A stretch of DNA of 64,000 nt from Sphingobacteriales bacterium JAD_PAG50586_3 (GCA_023213195.1 CP096135.1:2040842-2104841), one strand, 5' to 3'; counted from the stretch's first letter, positions 20,914 to 32,407 are shown. Notes: generated from the sequence alone by a model not told the origin. Program-made: numbers and translations.

Positions 20914-21402
20914 TTAGGCTATCATGCTTAAATAATCGCCAAGGTTGGCGTTTGAGGGGACTAAAATAGAGTTAACACCTGCTGCTTGTGCGGCTTCAAT
21001 ATCGCGCTCGCGGTCGCCAATAAAATAGCTTTGCGCAGGGTCAATATCAAAACGGGCTAGGCCTTTTTCTACCAATAAACTTCCCGGCTTGCGGCACAGG
21101 CATTTGCTAACGGTAGGGTGGTGGGGGCAATAATAAATCTCGGCAAACCGTATACCAAAGTTTGCAAAATGCTCCTTTATGTAACTATGCACTTCGTGTA
21201 CTTCTTCGTGGGTGTAAATATCTTGTGCAATGCCACTTTGGTTGGTAATTATAATGAAGATATAATCCCTGCTGCGCAGTTCCTGCAAAAACTCAACCGC
21301 GCCATCATTAATAATTAAATCATCAACCAGTCAGGTATAATCTCCCCGCTCGTGGTTTATAACCCCGTCTCGGTCTAAAAATATGGCTTTAGCTTTTTGC
21401 AT
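20914..21402 (-). CDS. gmhB: HAD-IIIA family hydrolase (D,D-heptose 1,7-bisphosphate phosphatase/histidinol-phosphatase-like), interrupted by an in-frame TGA at 21331-21333 (reverse strand)
   Basis: MQKAKAIFLDRDGVINHERGDYT*LVDD... then IIITNQSGIAQ and CxCRKP motifs. The TGA sits in CCTGA and TGG would restore CCTGG. Confidence 0.65.
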
Positions 21403-21404
21403 TA

Positions 21405-22027
21405 TTATAGCCCCTGCTGAATTTGGTCTACAAAGCGGGCTGCCGCTCCGGGGTAAACAATTAAGGTGTAGATAATGCCATATACCGCACCCCTAAGTGG
21501 GCGCTGTGGTTAATATTATCGCCACCGCGGCGGCCTGCGTATATCGAATATATAGTATAGAGAATAGCAAAAACTATAGCGGGCATGGGTATAAAAAATA
21601 CCCCAATGGTTGAAAAGGGGAAGAACATGATAAACGAAAATATAACCGCCGATACCGCACCCGATGCGCCCAGCGAGTTATACCAAATATCGTTTTTATG
21701 CTTTTCGAATGTATAGATATCGGCAAATAGTATGCCGCCAATGTATAAACCTATAAAGTAGATAGGTGCTTTGCCCTCAAATAACTCCGCAAATACAGCC
21801 TGTTCCAATACTTTGCCAAACGAGTAAAGGGCAATCATGTTAAAGGCAAGGTGCATAACATCGGCATGCAAAAAAGCGCCGGTAAAAAAGCGCCACCACT
21901 CCCTGCGGTGCTTTACCGCGTAGGGGTTAAACATATAACGGGCTTTAAGCGCGGGCTGGTTAAAAGCCGCTACTGAAAACAATACGTTTATTACAATTAA
22001 TACCAGCGTTATGGGGTGACCTTGCAT
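21405..22027 (-). CDS. Rhomboid family intramembrane serine protease (C-terminal frameshift in a G-run)
   Basis: GASGAV (GxSG) and the AHLGG His motif. The tail rejoins as HLGGAVYGIIYTLIVYPG if G4 is read as G5 at ~21506. Confidence 0.75.
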
Positions 22028-22076
22028 AAGGGCAAAATTAGCTTTTTAGCCAATAGCTTTACTTACTATTTATTTG

Positions 22077-22111
22077 TGATTACTGACTACTGACCTCTGA
22101 CTACTGGAAAC
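22077..22111 (-). repeat. 7-bp tandem repeat ladder directly 3' of the S8 protease stop
   Basis: Reverse strand reads TAG|gagtagt ttccagt agtcaga ggtcagt agtcagt aatcac, the same family as 13702-13750. Confidence 0.75.
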
Positions 22112-23805
22112 TACTCCTTCATCAACGTTTTAGACATGCGCTGCTTGCCGCTTTTAACCGTAACAACGTATTGGCCTTTAGGGGTGTTTTCTAACCCTGT
22201 AAGCACTATGGTATTAGCTTCGCCGGGTTTAACAGCGTAGTTTTTGCTGAATACCTTTTTACCTCCCATATCGGTTACGGTAACATCAATACCCTTGCTT
22301 TTCTCTGGGCGGTAAATAATGTTAAACGTGCCATAAAATGGGTTCGGGAAAATGTTTAGTATCTCGTCTTTATTAGCAGCCAAATTGGCTATATCGGTGG
22401 GTAAAAATTGCCCTGCTACAGAAAAATCAGGAATACCATAGCCCATAAGGCTGTCGGGGTTGTTAAACTGGCTTGCGCTGCGTTGCACGGCATCAATAAT
22501 AGTCATGTTATTGTTGCTAAGGTGGGCCTGCCAAAAACAGGTTACCGCACCCGCCATAATAGGCGATGAGAACGATGTTCCGCTGCCCTGCATAATACCG
22601 CCTGCAAGGTTGGCTACCCAAGCGTTTCGACCACGGGCACACACGTTAGGTTTCACCCTTCCGTCTGCCGATGGGCCTTTAGAGCTAAACTGAACATAAG
22701 TACCGGTAGAATCTACCGCGCCAACGGTGATAATGCTATCAGCATCTGCCGGGGCACCTATGCGCAACCAACCGCCGCTGCCTGAGTTACCTGCGCTGTT
22801 TACCACCATCATTCCGCGCGATGCTGCAAAGTCTGCCGCACGGGTAATAGGGGTTTTATCGCCGTCAAGGTCGGCAAAGGTGTGGTTCGCCAGGGTATCA
22901 TCAAAAACGGTATATCCTAACGATGAGTTAATAACATCAGCGCCTGCGCTATCAGCATATTCAGCGCCCGACGACCAATTGTATTCCTCAATAATATTCT
23001 CACTTGCGCCTTCTTCGGTGCGTAGCAGCCAGTAGCTGGCCTTTGGGGCTGTACCTACCAGTTGGCCGGGCAGGTTACCACCCATGCACGATAGTACGTA
23101 CGTTCCGTGGGTGTTAAACTGGTAAACATCGCTATTTCCGGGGTTTACAAAATCGCGCGTGCCCAGTATCTGGTTGTTTATAAACAAGCTGTCAAAAATA
23201 TCATGCGCGTCAACACCTTGAAAACCGGCATCTAACACTGCAATTTGCATACCCTGGCCCATAAAACCCAGTTGGTGCAACACTTGCCCGTTAAACATAT
23301 TTATTTGGTTAGCGCCTAAGCCATAATCAAGGGTGGCGTTGCCACTTTTAGCCATGCTTGGGGTGCGCACTTTAGGCTCTTTGCCACGGTTTATATCTTT
23401 TACCGGGTTGCTATCATTAGCTTTGCGGCGTGCTATAGGTGCTACCGATTGTACATAAGGTAATGCCGATATTTGGCTAAGCACAGCAGGGTCTGCTGTC
23501 CAAATGGTAACACAATTTAACCACTTCGATTTGTTAAGTATAACAACGCCCGTGTTGGCTACCCCCGTAATGTATTGTGGCGTAACGGGAATATCAACCA
23601 TATCTACCACAATATTATAACGGGCACGGCGGTCTAGCGCACGTTGCGACAGGAACTGCTGTGGATTGTTTACAGAGTAGGGCGAATTATTCTTATTCTT
23701 AAAATACACTACATACCTTGATGGGGCTGCAGGCACCTGGGCCTGCATGGCAAATACCGGCAACAGCAACAGTAAAAGGATAAAAATGCGGTTAGATGTT
23801 TTCAT
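22111..23805 (-). CDS. S8 family subtilisin-like serine peptidase with T9SS C-terminal sorting domain
   Basis: Asp (AVLDAGF), His (HGTYVLS) and Ser (GTSFSSP) triad motifs. Signal peptide present. CTD NIFPNPFYGTFNIIY...YVVTVKSG. Confidence 0.85.
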   Translation of the reverse strand: MKTSNRIFILLLLLLPVFAMQAQVPAAPSRYVVYFKNKNNSPYSVNNPQQFLSQRALDRRARYNIVVDMVDIPVTPQYITGVANTGVVILNKSKWLNCVTIWTADPAVLSQISALPYVQSVAPIARRKANDSNPVKDINRGKEPKVRTPSMAKSGNATLDYGLGANQINMFNGQVLHQLGFMGQGMQIAVLDAGFQGVDAHDIFDSLFINNQILGTRDFVNPGNSDVYQFNTHGTYVLSCMGGNLPGQLVGTAPKASYWLLRTEEGASENIIEEYNWSSGAEYADSAGADVINSSLGYTVFDDTLANHTFADLDGDKTPITRAADFAASRGMMVVNSAGNSGSGGWLRIGAPADADSIITVGAVDSTGTYVQFSSKGPSADGRVKPNVCARGRNAWVANLAGGIMQGSGTSFSSPIMAGAVTCFWQAHLSNNNMTIIDAVQRSASQFNNPDSLMGYGIPDFSVAGQFLPTDIANLAANKDEILNIFPNPFYGTFNIIYRPEKSKGIDVTVTDMGGKKVFSKNYAVKPGEANTIVLTGLENTPKGQYVVTVKSGKQRMSKTLMKE

Positions 23806-23857
23806 TGAAATAATAATTTGCTGTACTACTGAGGGTAATAATCAGTTAAAACCATTT

Positions 23858-24580
23858 TTAGTTTAAAACCCGTCCTAATACGTTGGTCGTAAGGCGGCAG
23901 GGGGTAATGTTGGTATATGCCTCGGTAATCATCAGTTCTTTATAAATTAAACCTACGCCTTTGGCATACACTTCTTTACCTATTTGTTTGTTTATCAAAG
24001 GCTCGCTAAAGCGCTTGGGGAGTATCGTTAATGCCGGTTTGCAGCACGGTAACAGTCTCCGGAAATGTAACCCCGTTTACGGTAAAAGGTTTACCCAGGT
24101 CTACAATTTCATAATCCCAACTGCCAATGGTGTTATACAGGTTACCATTCCATGTTTTGCCTTCTTGCAAGGGAAGCGCAGCTTAATAAAACGCTCGTTT
24201 TCTTCTACTTTTTCTACGGTGGTAGCGGTACGCTTCATGCTCCACACATCTTTAATATACCACGGGCCGGTAATACTGTCGCGGCGCAGGCGCTCCAGGC
24301 GCACGGTGCTGTCGCCCGAGTTATCTAAAAGAATGGTATCGTTCAGCTCGCGGATATCAAATACGAAGCTATCAACCGGATTGTTGGGGTCAAAATCGTT
24401 CCAGCTGATAGAGTCTACCGCAAACTGGTTATAACGGCCTTGGTCGGTAGGAAAATATTCATAACCCTGTACCAAAGTACCGTCAATAGTGTCTTCTTTG
24501 CACGATTGTAAAACCGCTGCTGTTGTAAGAAAAAGTAAGAATAAAGGGATGTAAAGTTTCTTCATGCTTATAAGTTGCAC
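23858..24580 (-). CDS. Hypothetical lipoprotein (signal peptide plus Cys), interrupted by two homopolymer frameshifts
   Basis: MKKLYIPLFLLFLTTAAVLQSC... The frames rejoin across a C-run (~24176) and a C4 run (~24017), continuing through ...IGKEVYAKGVGLIYKEL... Confidence 0.55.
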
Positions 24581-24685
24581 GCTTTGTACGAAGATAGGTA
24601 GAAAAGGTTATTTAAAGGTTTTAAAATTCTAGTGTAAAAAAATATAATAAAGTATATTTACTTATAGAACAACAAGTAAAAAAAA

Positions 24686-25246
24686 ATGAAAACACAATAT
24701 TACTCAAGGATAGTTTACAATACAGAAAACTATATTATCCCTAGTGGGCTAGATGGAAAAAGTACAACTCTTAGAATGCCAGAACGTATAGATGAATTTG
24801 TTAGGGATGAATGGTTGAACAGTCAATTGTTTTGTAGCAACGAATTTCAGTTTGGTTATATTCAATCTATAGATCATGCAATTGTCAATAATTGGTTGAG
24901 TAGAGGCGATGAATTAGATCATTTATTTCTTTATTCAATAAATTCAAATATAGACACCCCTAATAGAATTAATTGGGTGGGAAGAATTGATGGCTTAGCA
25001 ATACTAACAACAGACGAAGCAACAGACATGCATGCTCATTTCGGCGAGCCATTACGTCATCTTGTCCGTAATTCAGAAGAATTGAGTCGTATCTATGCCA
25101 ACAGGCTTAACTTTTTAAATGTTAGGTTTGAAAATATAGAAATTTATGATAGACCAAGACAATTTTATCCCACAGCAACACCAAGGCAATTTGGGAGATA
25201 TGTTTTAAGACCTTTTAATGATTTATATAACCAGCCACTTATATAA
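24686..25246 (+). CDS. Hypothetical protein, orphan gene in a low-GC islet
   Basis: 186 aa ORF. Markedly AT-rich compared with neighbours, with an AT-rich 5' region. No recognisable domain. Confidence 0.5.
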   Translation: MKTQYYSRIVYNTENYIIPSGLDGKSTTLRMPERIDEFVRDEWLNSQLFCSNEFQFGYIQSIDHAIVNNWLSRGDELDHLFLYSINSNIDTPNRINWVGRIDGLAILTTDEATDMHAHFGEPLRHLVRNSEELSRIYANRLNFLNVRFENIEIYDRPRQFYPTATPRQFGRYVLRPFNDLYNQPLI

Positions 25247-25247
25247 C

Positions 25248-26330
25248 CTACTTATCAATAAACCCACCACCTATAAGGTCGTTGCCATCGTAAAACACTG
25301 CGCTTTGGCCGGGGGCCACGGCCTTTACCTGCTTACGGAACTCTACCTTAATACGGTCGCCTTCATGCACTATGGTACTCATAGCGCCGGGGTCTTTATA
25401 GCGTATTTTGGTAAGGGCTTCTACAGGGGTATCTAAATTATCAAGTTTGATAAGGTTGGGGTTGCGCACCCACATTTCCTGCTTTTCCAGTTCATGCTCT
25501 GGGCCCAAAACAACCGTGTTGGTTTCAGGTATTATCTGGGTAACAAATATGGGCTCGCCTGCGGCTATTAAGCCCTTACGCTGACCAATAGTATAAAACG
25601 GGTAGCCATGGTGTTGGCCTAATACGCGGCCGGTACGGTCTACAAAGCTGCCACCGTCTAGCTTTTCAATACGATCAACCCGGCGTTTTAAAAAGCCGCG
25701 GTAGTCGTTATCGGGTACAAAGCAAATCTCGTAACTCTCGTTTTTATTAGCCAGTTCCTAGTAACCTGCATCAAAAGCCATTTGGCGTATAGCCGGTTTG
25801 GTAAAGCCCCCTAAGGGGAAACGGGTGCGGGCCAAAGCCTCTTGCGTTAAGCCCCACAGCACATAGCTTTGGTCTTTCTTTTCGTCAAGGCCCTTAGAAA
25901 CAACATAGCGGCCATTTTCATGCCTTACCTGCGCATAGTGGCCGGTGGCAATAAACTCACAATCAAGCTTATCGGCACGTTTTAACAGGGCATCCCACTT
26001 AATATGGGTGTTGCATAAAACACAAGGGTTAGGCGTGCGCCCGGCCATGTATTCATCAACAAAATTGTCAATTATATAGTCGCCAAACTCGTTGCGTATA
26101 TCCAGTATCATGTGCGGAAACCCTAAGTTTACCGCTAGCTGGCGTGCATCGTTAATACTATCTAAATTGCAGCAGCCTGTCTCTTTTTTACTTCCTCCGC
26201 TCGATGCGTAATCCCACGTTTTCATGGTAATGCCCACAACCTCGTAACCCTGCTCGTGCAACATAAGTGCCGTAACAGAACTATCAATGCCGCCACTCAT
26301 GGCTACTAGTACGCGTCCTAATTTGCTCAT
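25248..26330 (-). CDS. mnmA: tRNA-specific 2-thiouridylase MnmA, interrupted by an in-frame TAG at 25758-25760
   Basis: PP-loop SGGIDSS, CCNLD, ...ESYEICFV..., C-terminal domain. The TAG lies in CTAGG and CAG restores CCAGG. Confidence 0.85.
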
Positions 26331-26331
26331 T

Positions 26332-27105
26332 TTATTTTCCTCCTCCCGTTGTGCCTCCCGGTTTTGGGGTGGTTTTGGTATCTTTCTTTTTGGGCTCTAT
26401 CAATTGGCCCATGTTGTACTTCTCGTTAACCATTTTGCCTTCGGGGTTTTGAACTATCCAAACACCGTGGCGCATGCCTTTTTCAAATCTTCCCTCGGCT
26501 ACTTTTTTGCCATCTAAGGCGTAATAGGTGGCAACCCCTTGCAGCATTCCCTTTACGTACGTTGCCTTTAGGCGGGGAGTGCCATCTTCAAAATATTCTA
26601 ACCAAGCACCTTCTAAAAGGTCGTTCTTATAAATCTTGGAGTCAAATAACTTACCACTGGGGTAAAATGTTTTCCAGGTGCCTGTTTTTATTCCTTTATC
26701 GTAACTCTCGGTAGATATTAACTGGCTTTCCTGCTTGGCATCTAAAGTATAATACGTCCAAATGCTGTCTTTCTTCTCATTTACATACCTGCCTTCAGCC
26801 ATAACCTTAGAGTACAGCTCATCGTAAGTTTTTACACGGGCCACGGTGCCATTAGCCGAGTAAACCGAAACCATTTTGGTTTTACCATCGCCATAGTAAT
26901 ATGTAAACTTACCATCTGGCTTATCGTCTTTAAACTGGCCTTCGTATTTGAGTTTGCCCTCGGCATCATACTTTTTCCAAGGGCCTTGCTTTTTACCGTT
27001 AGCATCGGTTTGGTTGGCAGGCTGCGCAAATAACATTGCCGGAACCGCCAATAAAGCAGCCAGCAATACCACTACATTAAGTCTTTTAAGGTTTTTTATG
27101 CTCAT
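26332..27105 (-). CDS. MORN-repeat (YwqK-like) secreted protein
   Basis: Signal peptide. Repeated YxGxxKDGKxxGxWxxYYxNGK units. Confidence 0.7.
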   Translation of the reverse strand: MSIKNLKRLNVVVLLAALLAVPAMLFAQPANQTDANGKKQGPWKKYDAEGKLKYEGQFKDDKPDGKFTYYYGDGKTKMVSVYSANGTVARVKTYDELYSKVMAEGRYVNEKKDSIWTYYTLDAKQESQLISTESYDKGIKTGTWKTFYPSGKLFDSKIYKNDLLEGAWLEYFEDGTPRLKATYVKGMLQGVATYYALDGKKVAEGRFEKGMRHGVWIVQNPEGKMVNEKYNMGQLIEPKKKDTKTTPKPGGTTGGGK

Positions 27106-27196
27106 CAGAAATCTACTACGAAGGTACGTATAAAATGGTTAGCATATAGTATGCCATAGTTAGAATTGCTTTGCAATTCAGTACCCCTACAATTAT

Positions 27197-27228
27197 TACT
27201 ATTGACATTTTGCTCCTTCGGAGCTGTT
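27197..27228. repeat. Conserved intergenic motif tactattgacattYYgctcNNNcggagcRctgtt (copy 2; copy 1 at 19759-19792)
   Basis: Near-identical 32-bp element containing a TTGACA box and a UUCG/GUAC-capped hairpin at both loci. It is followed here by the 7-bp ladder 27234-27267. Confidence 0.6.
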
Positions 27229-27267
27229 GTTTATGATGACTCAAGACTCAGCCCTCAAGACTCACTA

Positions 27268-27819
27268 CTATTCTACCATCTCCGGCAACGCCTTATCAAT
27301 AACCTTTAGCAGTTGCTTGGCATCGGCCTCTTCTATTTGCATGGCTACGCGCTGTTCGCGGCCATCAACAGAGAACGATACCATTTCGCCGCCTATGCTG
27401 TACCACGATTTATAAAAAGCACGCTGAAAGTCGCTGTCTTTGTAGTCTACCATTTTTAGGTTACGCACCTTTTGGGCATCAAAGCTAAGCACCTTGCCAA
27501 TGCCATTAATCTCGCGTGAGTAGGTCATTTTATCGCCCTCAATTTTAAGTATTTCAATACCCCCTTTGCGCCAGCGCAAAATGTAGTACACCGCATACTC
27601 AAAATACAGCCAAAAAGCCAGCATTACTGCCAAAACCAACTTTTGGTCGCGACTGTAGTCAGCAAACAGTTCCACCAAAATAATAGTGCCGCAAATAGTC
27701 CACAGCAAAAGCCAAATGGTAGCTAGCAAAACCTGTTGCTTAGTGCCACGGCCATCAATATTTACCAATAGCTTTTCGGGCGTTTGCTCGTAGGCTACTT
27801 TTTTTCCTATTTTCTTCAT
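27268..27819 (-). CDS. Hypothetical membrane protein
   Basis: 183 aa with two TM helices. It is followed 3' by a 7-bp tandem ladder. Confidence 0.45.
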   Translation of the reverse strand: MKKIGKKVAYEQTPEKLLVNIDGRGTKQQVLLATIWLLLWTICGTIILVELFADYSRDQKLVLAVMLAFWLYFEYAVYYILRWRKGGIEILKIEGDKMTYSREINGIGKVLSFDAQKVRNLKMVDYKDSDFQRAFYKSWYSIGGEMVSFSVDGREQRVAMQIEEADAKQLLKVIDKALPEMVE

Positions 27820-27820
27820 T

Positions 27821-28568
27821 CTATACCATAAATTCTACCTCTTTAAAGCCAAAAGCCCTTTGCCCGGTAGATGTTTCCATTATTAATTTTCCTTCGGCAC
27901 TAACCGCTTTTATGCTGCCGGTAAAGGCATCGCCGTAGGCACCATATACCCGCTCCTGGTTATAAAACAGCAGGTTTTCAATATAGCGGTCGTACAAATC
28001 GGTAAAGCGCAGGGCTTTTAGCAACAGGTATTCCGCCTCCAGGTAATCTAAAAAGCTTTCTAAAAGGGGTTCAATAGCATTCTTTTTGCCCGTTATCAAC
28101 TTAACCGATGTTGCATTGCGCAGCTCCTCATCAAACAAATCCTGGTTTATATTCAGGCCAATGCCAATAACGCTGAAGCCCAGGTTTTGCCCCCGTAAGG
28201 TGTTCTCTATCAGTATGCCGGCTATTTTATCGTAATCAACATAAATATCGTTGGGCCACTTTATTTTAGCATCAATGCTTAACTCGTTCTTCAAAAATTT
28301 AACCAGCGCCTAAGGCATACGGCCATATTAAGGTAAAACTGCTGGGTAGCGGCTAAAAAACGGGTTCATAAATAACGCTAAAGGTAAGGTTCTCGCCGGG
28401 TTCGCTAAGCCATTTGTTCTCGCGCTGGCCCCGCCCTGCGGGTTGGTGGTAGGCGGCATACACTGTCCCCTCGGCAACCAAACCTTTTTTAATTTGGTTA
28501 CCGGCAAACTCGTTGGTAGAATTTAAATGATCGTACCAAACAATGGGTTTACCCGTAAATAGCGACAT
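27821..28568 (-). CDS. birA: Biotin--[acetyl-CoA-carboxylase] ligase BirA (class I), interrupted by two homopolymer frameshifts
   Basis: N-terminal GRGQRENKWLS and C-terminal KIKWPNDIYVDYDKIAGILIE motifs. The pieces 28353-28568 and 27821-28294 rejoin via a T6 run (~28343) and a GG/GGG run (~28306). Confidence 0.8.
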
Positions 28569-28738
28569 GGTTAAACAATTATGGCTGCAAAATTATTAAT
28601 TAATAGCCCAGCTTATTACGGTAGTTATACAATAAAGATTAAACTGCTGCGTCTACCAACTTAGTAAGGCCAAAATGCCGGGGTAACCCTACTTAATAAA
28701 AAAACGTACTTTTACCCCTTAATACTATTTAATAATTG

Positions 28739-29372
28739 ATGGCAAAGAAAGTTACACCCGAAACAACAACAACTAAAAAAGCAGCCCCTAAAAAAGCGGC
28801 GGTAAAAACGGTAAAGGCCGATAAACCTGCTAAAGTTGTAAAAGATAAAGTGGCAGCCCCTAAAAAAGCGGCTGTAAAAAAGTAGCAGCTAAAGCACCGG
28901 CTACAGATAAAGCGGCTCCTAAAAAGGTTGCAGCAAAAAAAGCGGCCCCTAAAAAGGCAGCGGCAAAAAAGGCGGCTACCAAAGTAGCTAAGCCACTTAA
29001 AAAAGTAGAAACAGACCCTGCGCAGTTGCTTATTGATACAATTGTAGATGGTATGCTTGATAAAAAAGCCCACCATATTTTGGTGCTGGATTTACGCCCT
29101 ACCGGCAACTCTGTGGCCGATTGGTTTATTATATGCCACGGTAACTCTAATACCCAAGCCGATGCTATTGCAGACTCGGTTGAAGATACCGTTAGAAAAA
29201 ACTGAACGAGAAACCTTGGCATACCGAAGGTTTTCAAAATGCGGAATGGATTTTGTTAGACTACGTAAACGTTGTTGTTCACGTGTTCCAGGAGCCTATC
29301 CGCGAATTTTATCGTTTAGAAGACCTGTGGGCGGACGCGCCTGTGGTTAAAATTGAAGAATCTTTTAAATAA
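28739..29372 (+). CDS. rsfS: Ribosomal silencing factor RsfS (Iojap) with an N-terminal Ala/Lys-rich histone-H1-like extension; two A-run frameshifts
   Basis: MAKKVTPETTTTKKAAPKKAAVK... then HILVLDLRPTGNSVADWFIICHGNSNTQADAIADSV and LDYVNVVVHVFQEPIREFYRLEDLWADAP. The frames rejoin at A-runs ~28873 and ~29206. The reverse-strand ORFs in the track are spurious. Confidence 0.8.
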
Positions 29373-29435
29373 TAAGTTAGGTTACTGCAGAACCAAAGCG
29401 CACAACGTTTGTTAATACTAGCAGAAAGAAACAAA

Positions 29436-31652
29436 ATGTCTGATAATCAAGAAAAGAACACCAACCCGGGGAACAACCAAAACCCGTTTAACCGCATGCG
29501 CGACTCGTTTGGCGGCGGTAATAAAAAGCCGGGCGATAAAAAGCCCAAATTTACCTTTAGCTTATACTGGATATATGCAATTTTAGCTATTGCTTTTATT
29601 GCTATTACATACTCTGACTTTGGCGGCGGCATAAAAACCTTAGATGCCCCTAAAGACTTTTACCAGGACATGCTTTTAAAAGGCCATGTTGAAAAGGTAG
29701 TTATTGTTAAGCGTAACGATGAGGCCGAGATTTACATCAAAAAAGACTCGTTGCTTAGCCCTAAATACAAGGCATATTACGAGCAAAAACTAGGTGTTAA
29801 AAAATTCAGTATACTGATAAGCGCCCCCAGTTTAAACTGAACATTACCAAGCCCGAAGATTTTGAAAAGCAGCTTACCGATTTTCAGGATAAGAATGCTG
29901 TAGCCCCTGAGAACCGCGTTATTGCCGAAACCAACAACGATAAAGATTGGGGTGGCGATATTATAAGCATACTGCTACCTATTGTGGTTATTGTGCTTAT
30001 ATGGATGTTTATTATGCGTCGTATGGGCGGTGGTGCCGGTGGCGGTGGCCAAATATTTAATATTGGCAAGTCTAAAGCTACCTTGTTTGATAAAGATACC
30101 CAGGTAAACATAACCTTTGATAATGTTGCCGGCTTAGATGAAGCCAAGGTAGAGATTAAAGAGATTGTAGATTTCCTTAAACATCCTAAAAAGTATACAT
30201 CGCTCGGGGGTAAAATACCGCGCGGGGCACTGTTAATAGGCCCTCCCGGTACCGGTAAAACCCTTTTGGCTAAAGCTGTAGCAGGCGAGGCTCAAGTGCC
30301 TTTCTTCTCGCTATCGGGTTCAGATTTTGTGGAGATGTTTGTGGGCGTGGGTGCAAGCCGCGTGCGCGACCTTTTCCGTCAAGGCAAAAGAAAAAGCGCC
30401 GTGTATTATATTTATTGATGAGATTGATGCCATTGGTCGTGCCCGTGGCCGCAACGCCATGCAAGGCGCTAACGATGAGCGCGAGAACACCCTTAACCAG
30501 TTGCTTACAGAGATGGACGGCTTTGGTACCAACAACGGTGTTATTATACTAGCAGCTACCAACCGTGCCGATATTCTGGACCGTGCATTACTTCGCCCGG
30601 GCCGATTTGACCGCCAGATATTTGTAGACCTGCCCGATTTAGTGGGCCGTCGCGAGATTTTTCAGGTGCATTTAAAACCACTTAAGCTTGATCCGCATTT
30701 AGACCTTGAGTTTTTGGCTAAACAAACCCCCGGTTTCTCAGGTGCTGATATTGCTAACGTGTGTAACGAGGCTGCCCTTATTGCCGCCCGTAAAAACAAA
30801 GAATCTATTGGCAAGCAAGATTTTCTTGATGCCGTAGACCGTATAATTGGTGGTTTAGAGAAGAAAAACAAAATCATATCTAAACAAGAAAAAGAGGTTA
30901 TTGCTTACCACGAGGCAGGCCACGCCGCAACCAGCTGGTTGTTGCGCTACGCCCACCCCTTGTTAAAAGTAACCATAGTACCCCGTGGCCGCTCTTTAGG
31001 CGCTGCATGGTACCTACCCGAAGAACGCCAGATAACTACTACAGAGCAGTTAATGGACGAGATGGTAGCAACCCTGGGTGGCCGTGCTGCCGAAGAGGTG
31101 GTGTTTGGTAAAATATCTACCGGCGCCCTTAGCGACCTTGAGAAAGTAACCAAACAGGCTTATGCCATGGTTACCGTATATGGCCTTAACGCCAAGCTGG
31201 GTAATATCAGCTATTACGATAGCAGTGGTCAGGAGTATTCATTCTCTAAACCCTATAGCGAGAAACGCTCAGAAACTATTGACGATGAAGTAAGCAAAAT
31301 GATTGCAGGAGCTTATGAAGTTGCCAAGAAGATACTTATTGAAAACAAAGATAAGCTGACCAAACTGGCCGAAACGCTGTTGGAGAAAGAGGTTATCTTC
31401 CGCGAAGATTTAGAAGAGATTTTTGGTAAACGCCCGTTTGAAGACGAGGAGGATATTGAAGGCTTAAAAGGCGATTATAACGCCGCTAAAATAGAGGAGG
31501 AAGCCAAACTGCGTGAGCAAGGTAAAGACGAAGAGGCTAAAAAGGTTGATGAATCTCCGGCTACCGAAAGGCCCCGCGATTTAGGTGACACCATAGTGCA
31601 GCCACCCCCACCAAAAGACGAAGACAAACCTGAAGATAAGCAGGAAGTTTAG
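29436..31652 (+). CDS. ftsH: ATP-dependent zinc metalloprotease FtsH, interrupted by two frameshifts
   Basis: TM helix plus periplasmic domain. Walker [30 protein letters not shown], zinc site HEAGHA, KE-rich C-terminal tail. The frames rejoin at the C5 run 29826-29830 and at ~30385. Confidence 0.9.
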
Positions 31653-31667
31653 AAGATAGAAAATCCC

Positions 31668-31697
31668 CGGTAGTAAAAACTATCGGGGATTTTTTTA
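31668..31697 (+). terminator. Rho-independent terminator after ftsH
   Basis: aaatccccggtagtaaaaactatcggggattttttt. Confidence 0.75.
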
Positions 31698-31708
31698 ATA
31701 TTTGCCTT

Positions 31709-32368
31709 ATGAGCCATAACCTTATAAATGGAATATTAATTGCATTGGGTATAGCTTTAATAAGGTGGACTAATGAAATTAGCCGTTCAGGAAGCCCTAA
31801 CCCATTTCCTCAATTATCAAGACGTAAAGAAAGACTTGTATGGGACCTGATACACTCTAAAGGAGCATTTACCCGAGATAATATTTGGCTGCTGTACTAT
31901 TTTGCTCCGGCGCATCTTTACACAAGGTATATAAAAGAGAATAAGCTGTTGTTTACAGGGATGGATGAGGAAACTAATACCATTCACTACGCAGTTATAA
32001 ATAACCCTTTTGATAAGAAAATTATAGATACCTGTAGCTTACGCTATTCGCCCGAAACTTTTGAGAATTTGGCACCCCTGTTTACCAAAACTGTTTTTAA
32101 ACATAGGTTTGGCAATGATTATGATATTATTGTAGACTTTATAACAGGTAATTTTTTAGAATTATCAAAAGCGTATGATGATGAAAGGGGTCTTGTAACT
32201 GTATGTGTAACTTACCGCATTAAGCGCGAAAAAGCTGATACTAAAAAGAAAAAATACATGTATGTGAGAGAGTACACAGGCTGTACGGCGGGTGAATTCA
32301 AAGATATCTTTTACAAATACTTAGATTGGCAAGATAATATCCCTGCCCAACGAGAACCGTTAACATAA
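31709..32368 (+). CDS. Hypothetical protein (orphan, AT-rich)
   Basis: 219 aa ORF with no recognisable motif and lower GC than its neighbours. Confidence 0.45.
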   Translation: MSHNLINGILIALGIALIRWTNEISRSGSPNPFPQLSRRKERLVWDLIHSKGAFTRDNIWLLYYFAPAHLYTRYIKENKLLFTGMDEETNTIHYAVINNPFDKKIIDTCSLRYSPETFENLAPLFTKTVFKHRFGNDYDIIVDFITGNFLELSKAYDDERGLVTVCVTYRIKREKADTKKKKYMYVREYTGCTAGEFKDIFYKYLDWQDNIPAQREPLT

Positions 32369-32407
32369 AATCAACATTGCCTTTTTTTAAGTAATTTTAC
32401 CAACTAG

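Noticed and set aside
28729-29237. Minus-strand ORFs 28729-29076 and 28860-29237 (Phe/Cys/Ala-rich)
   Set aside because: They are antisense to the rsfS low-complexity KAAK-repeat region. The plus-strand frame encodes the recognisable RsfS domain.
30662-31153. Minus-strand ORFs inside ftsH (30662-30877, 30947-31153) and plus-strand ORFs inside pyrB/pyrR (17160-18229)
   Set aside because: They are antisense within strongly conserved genes. Spurious.
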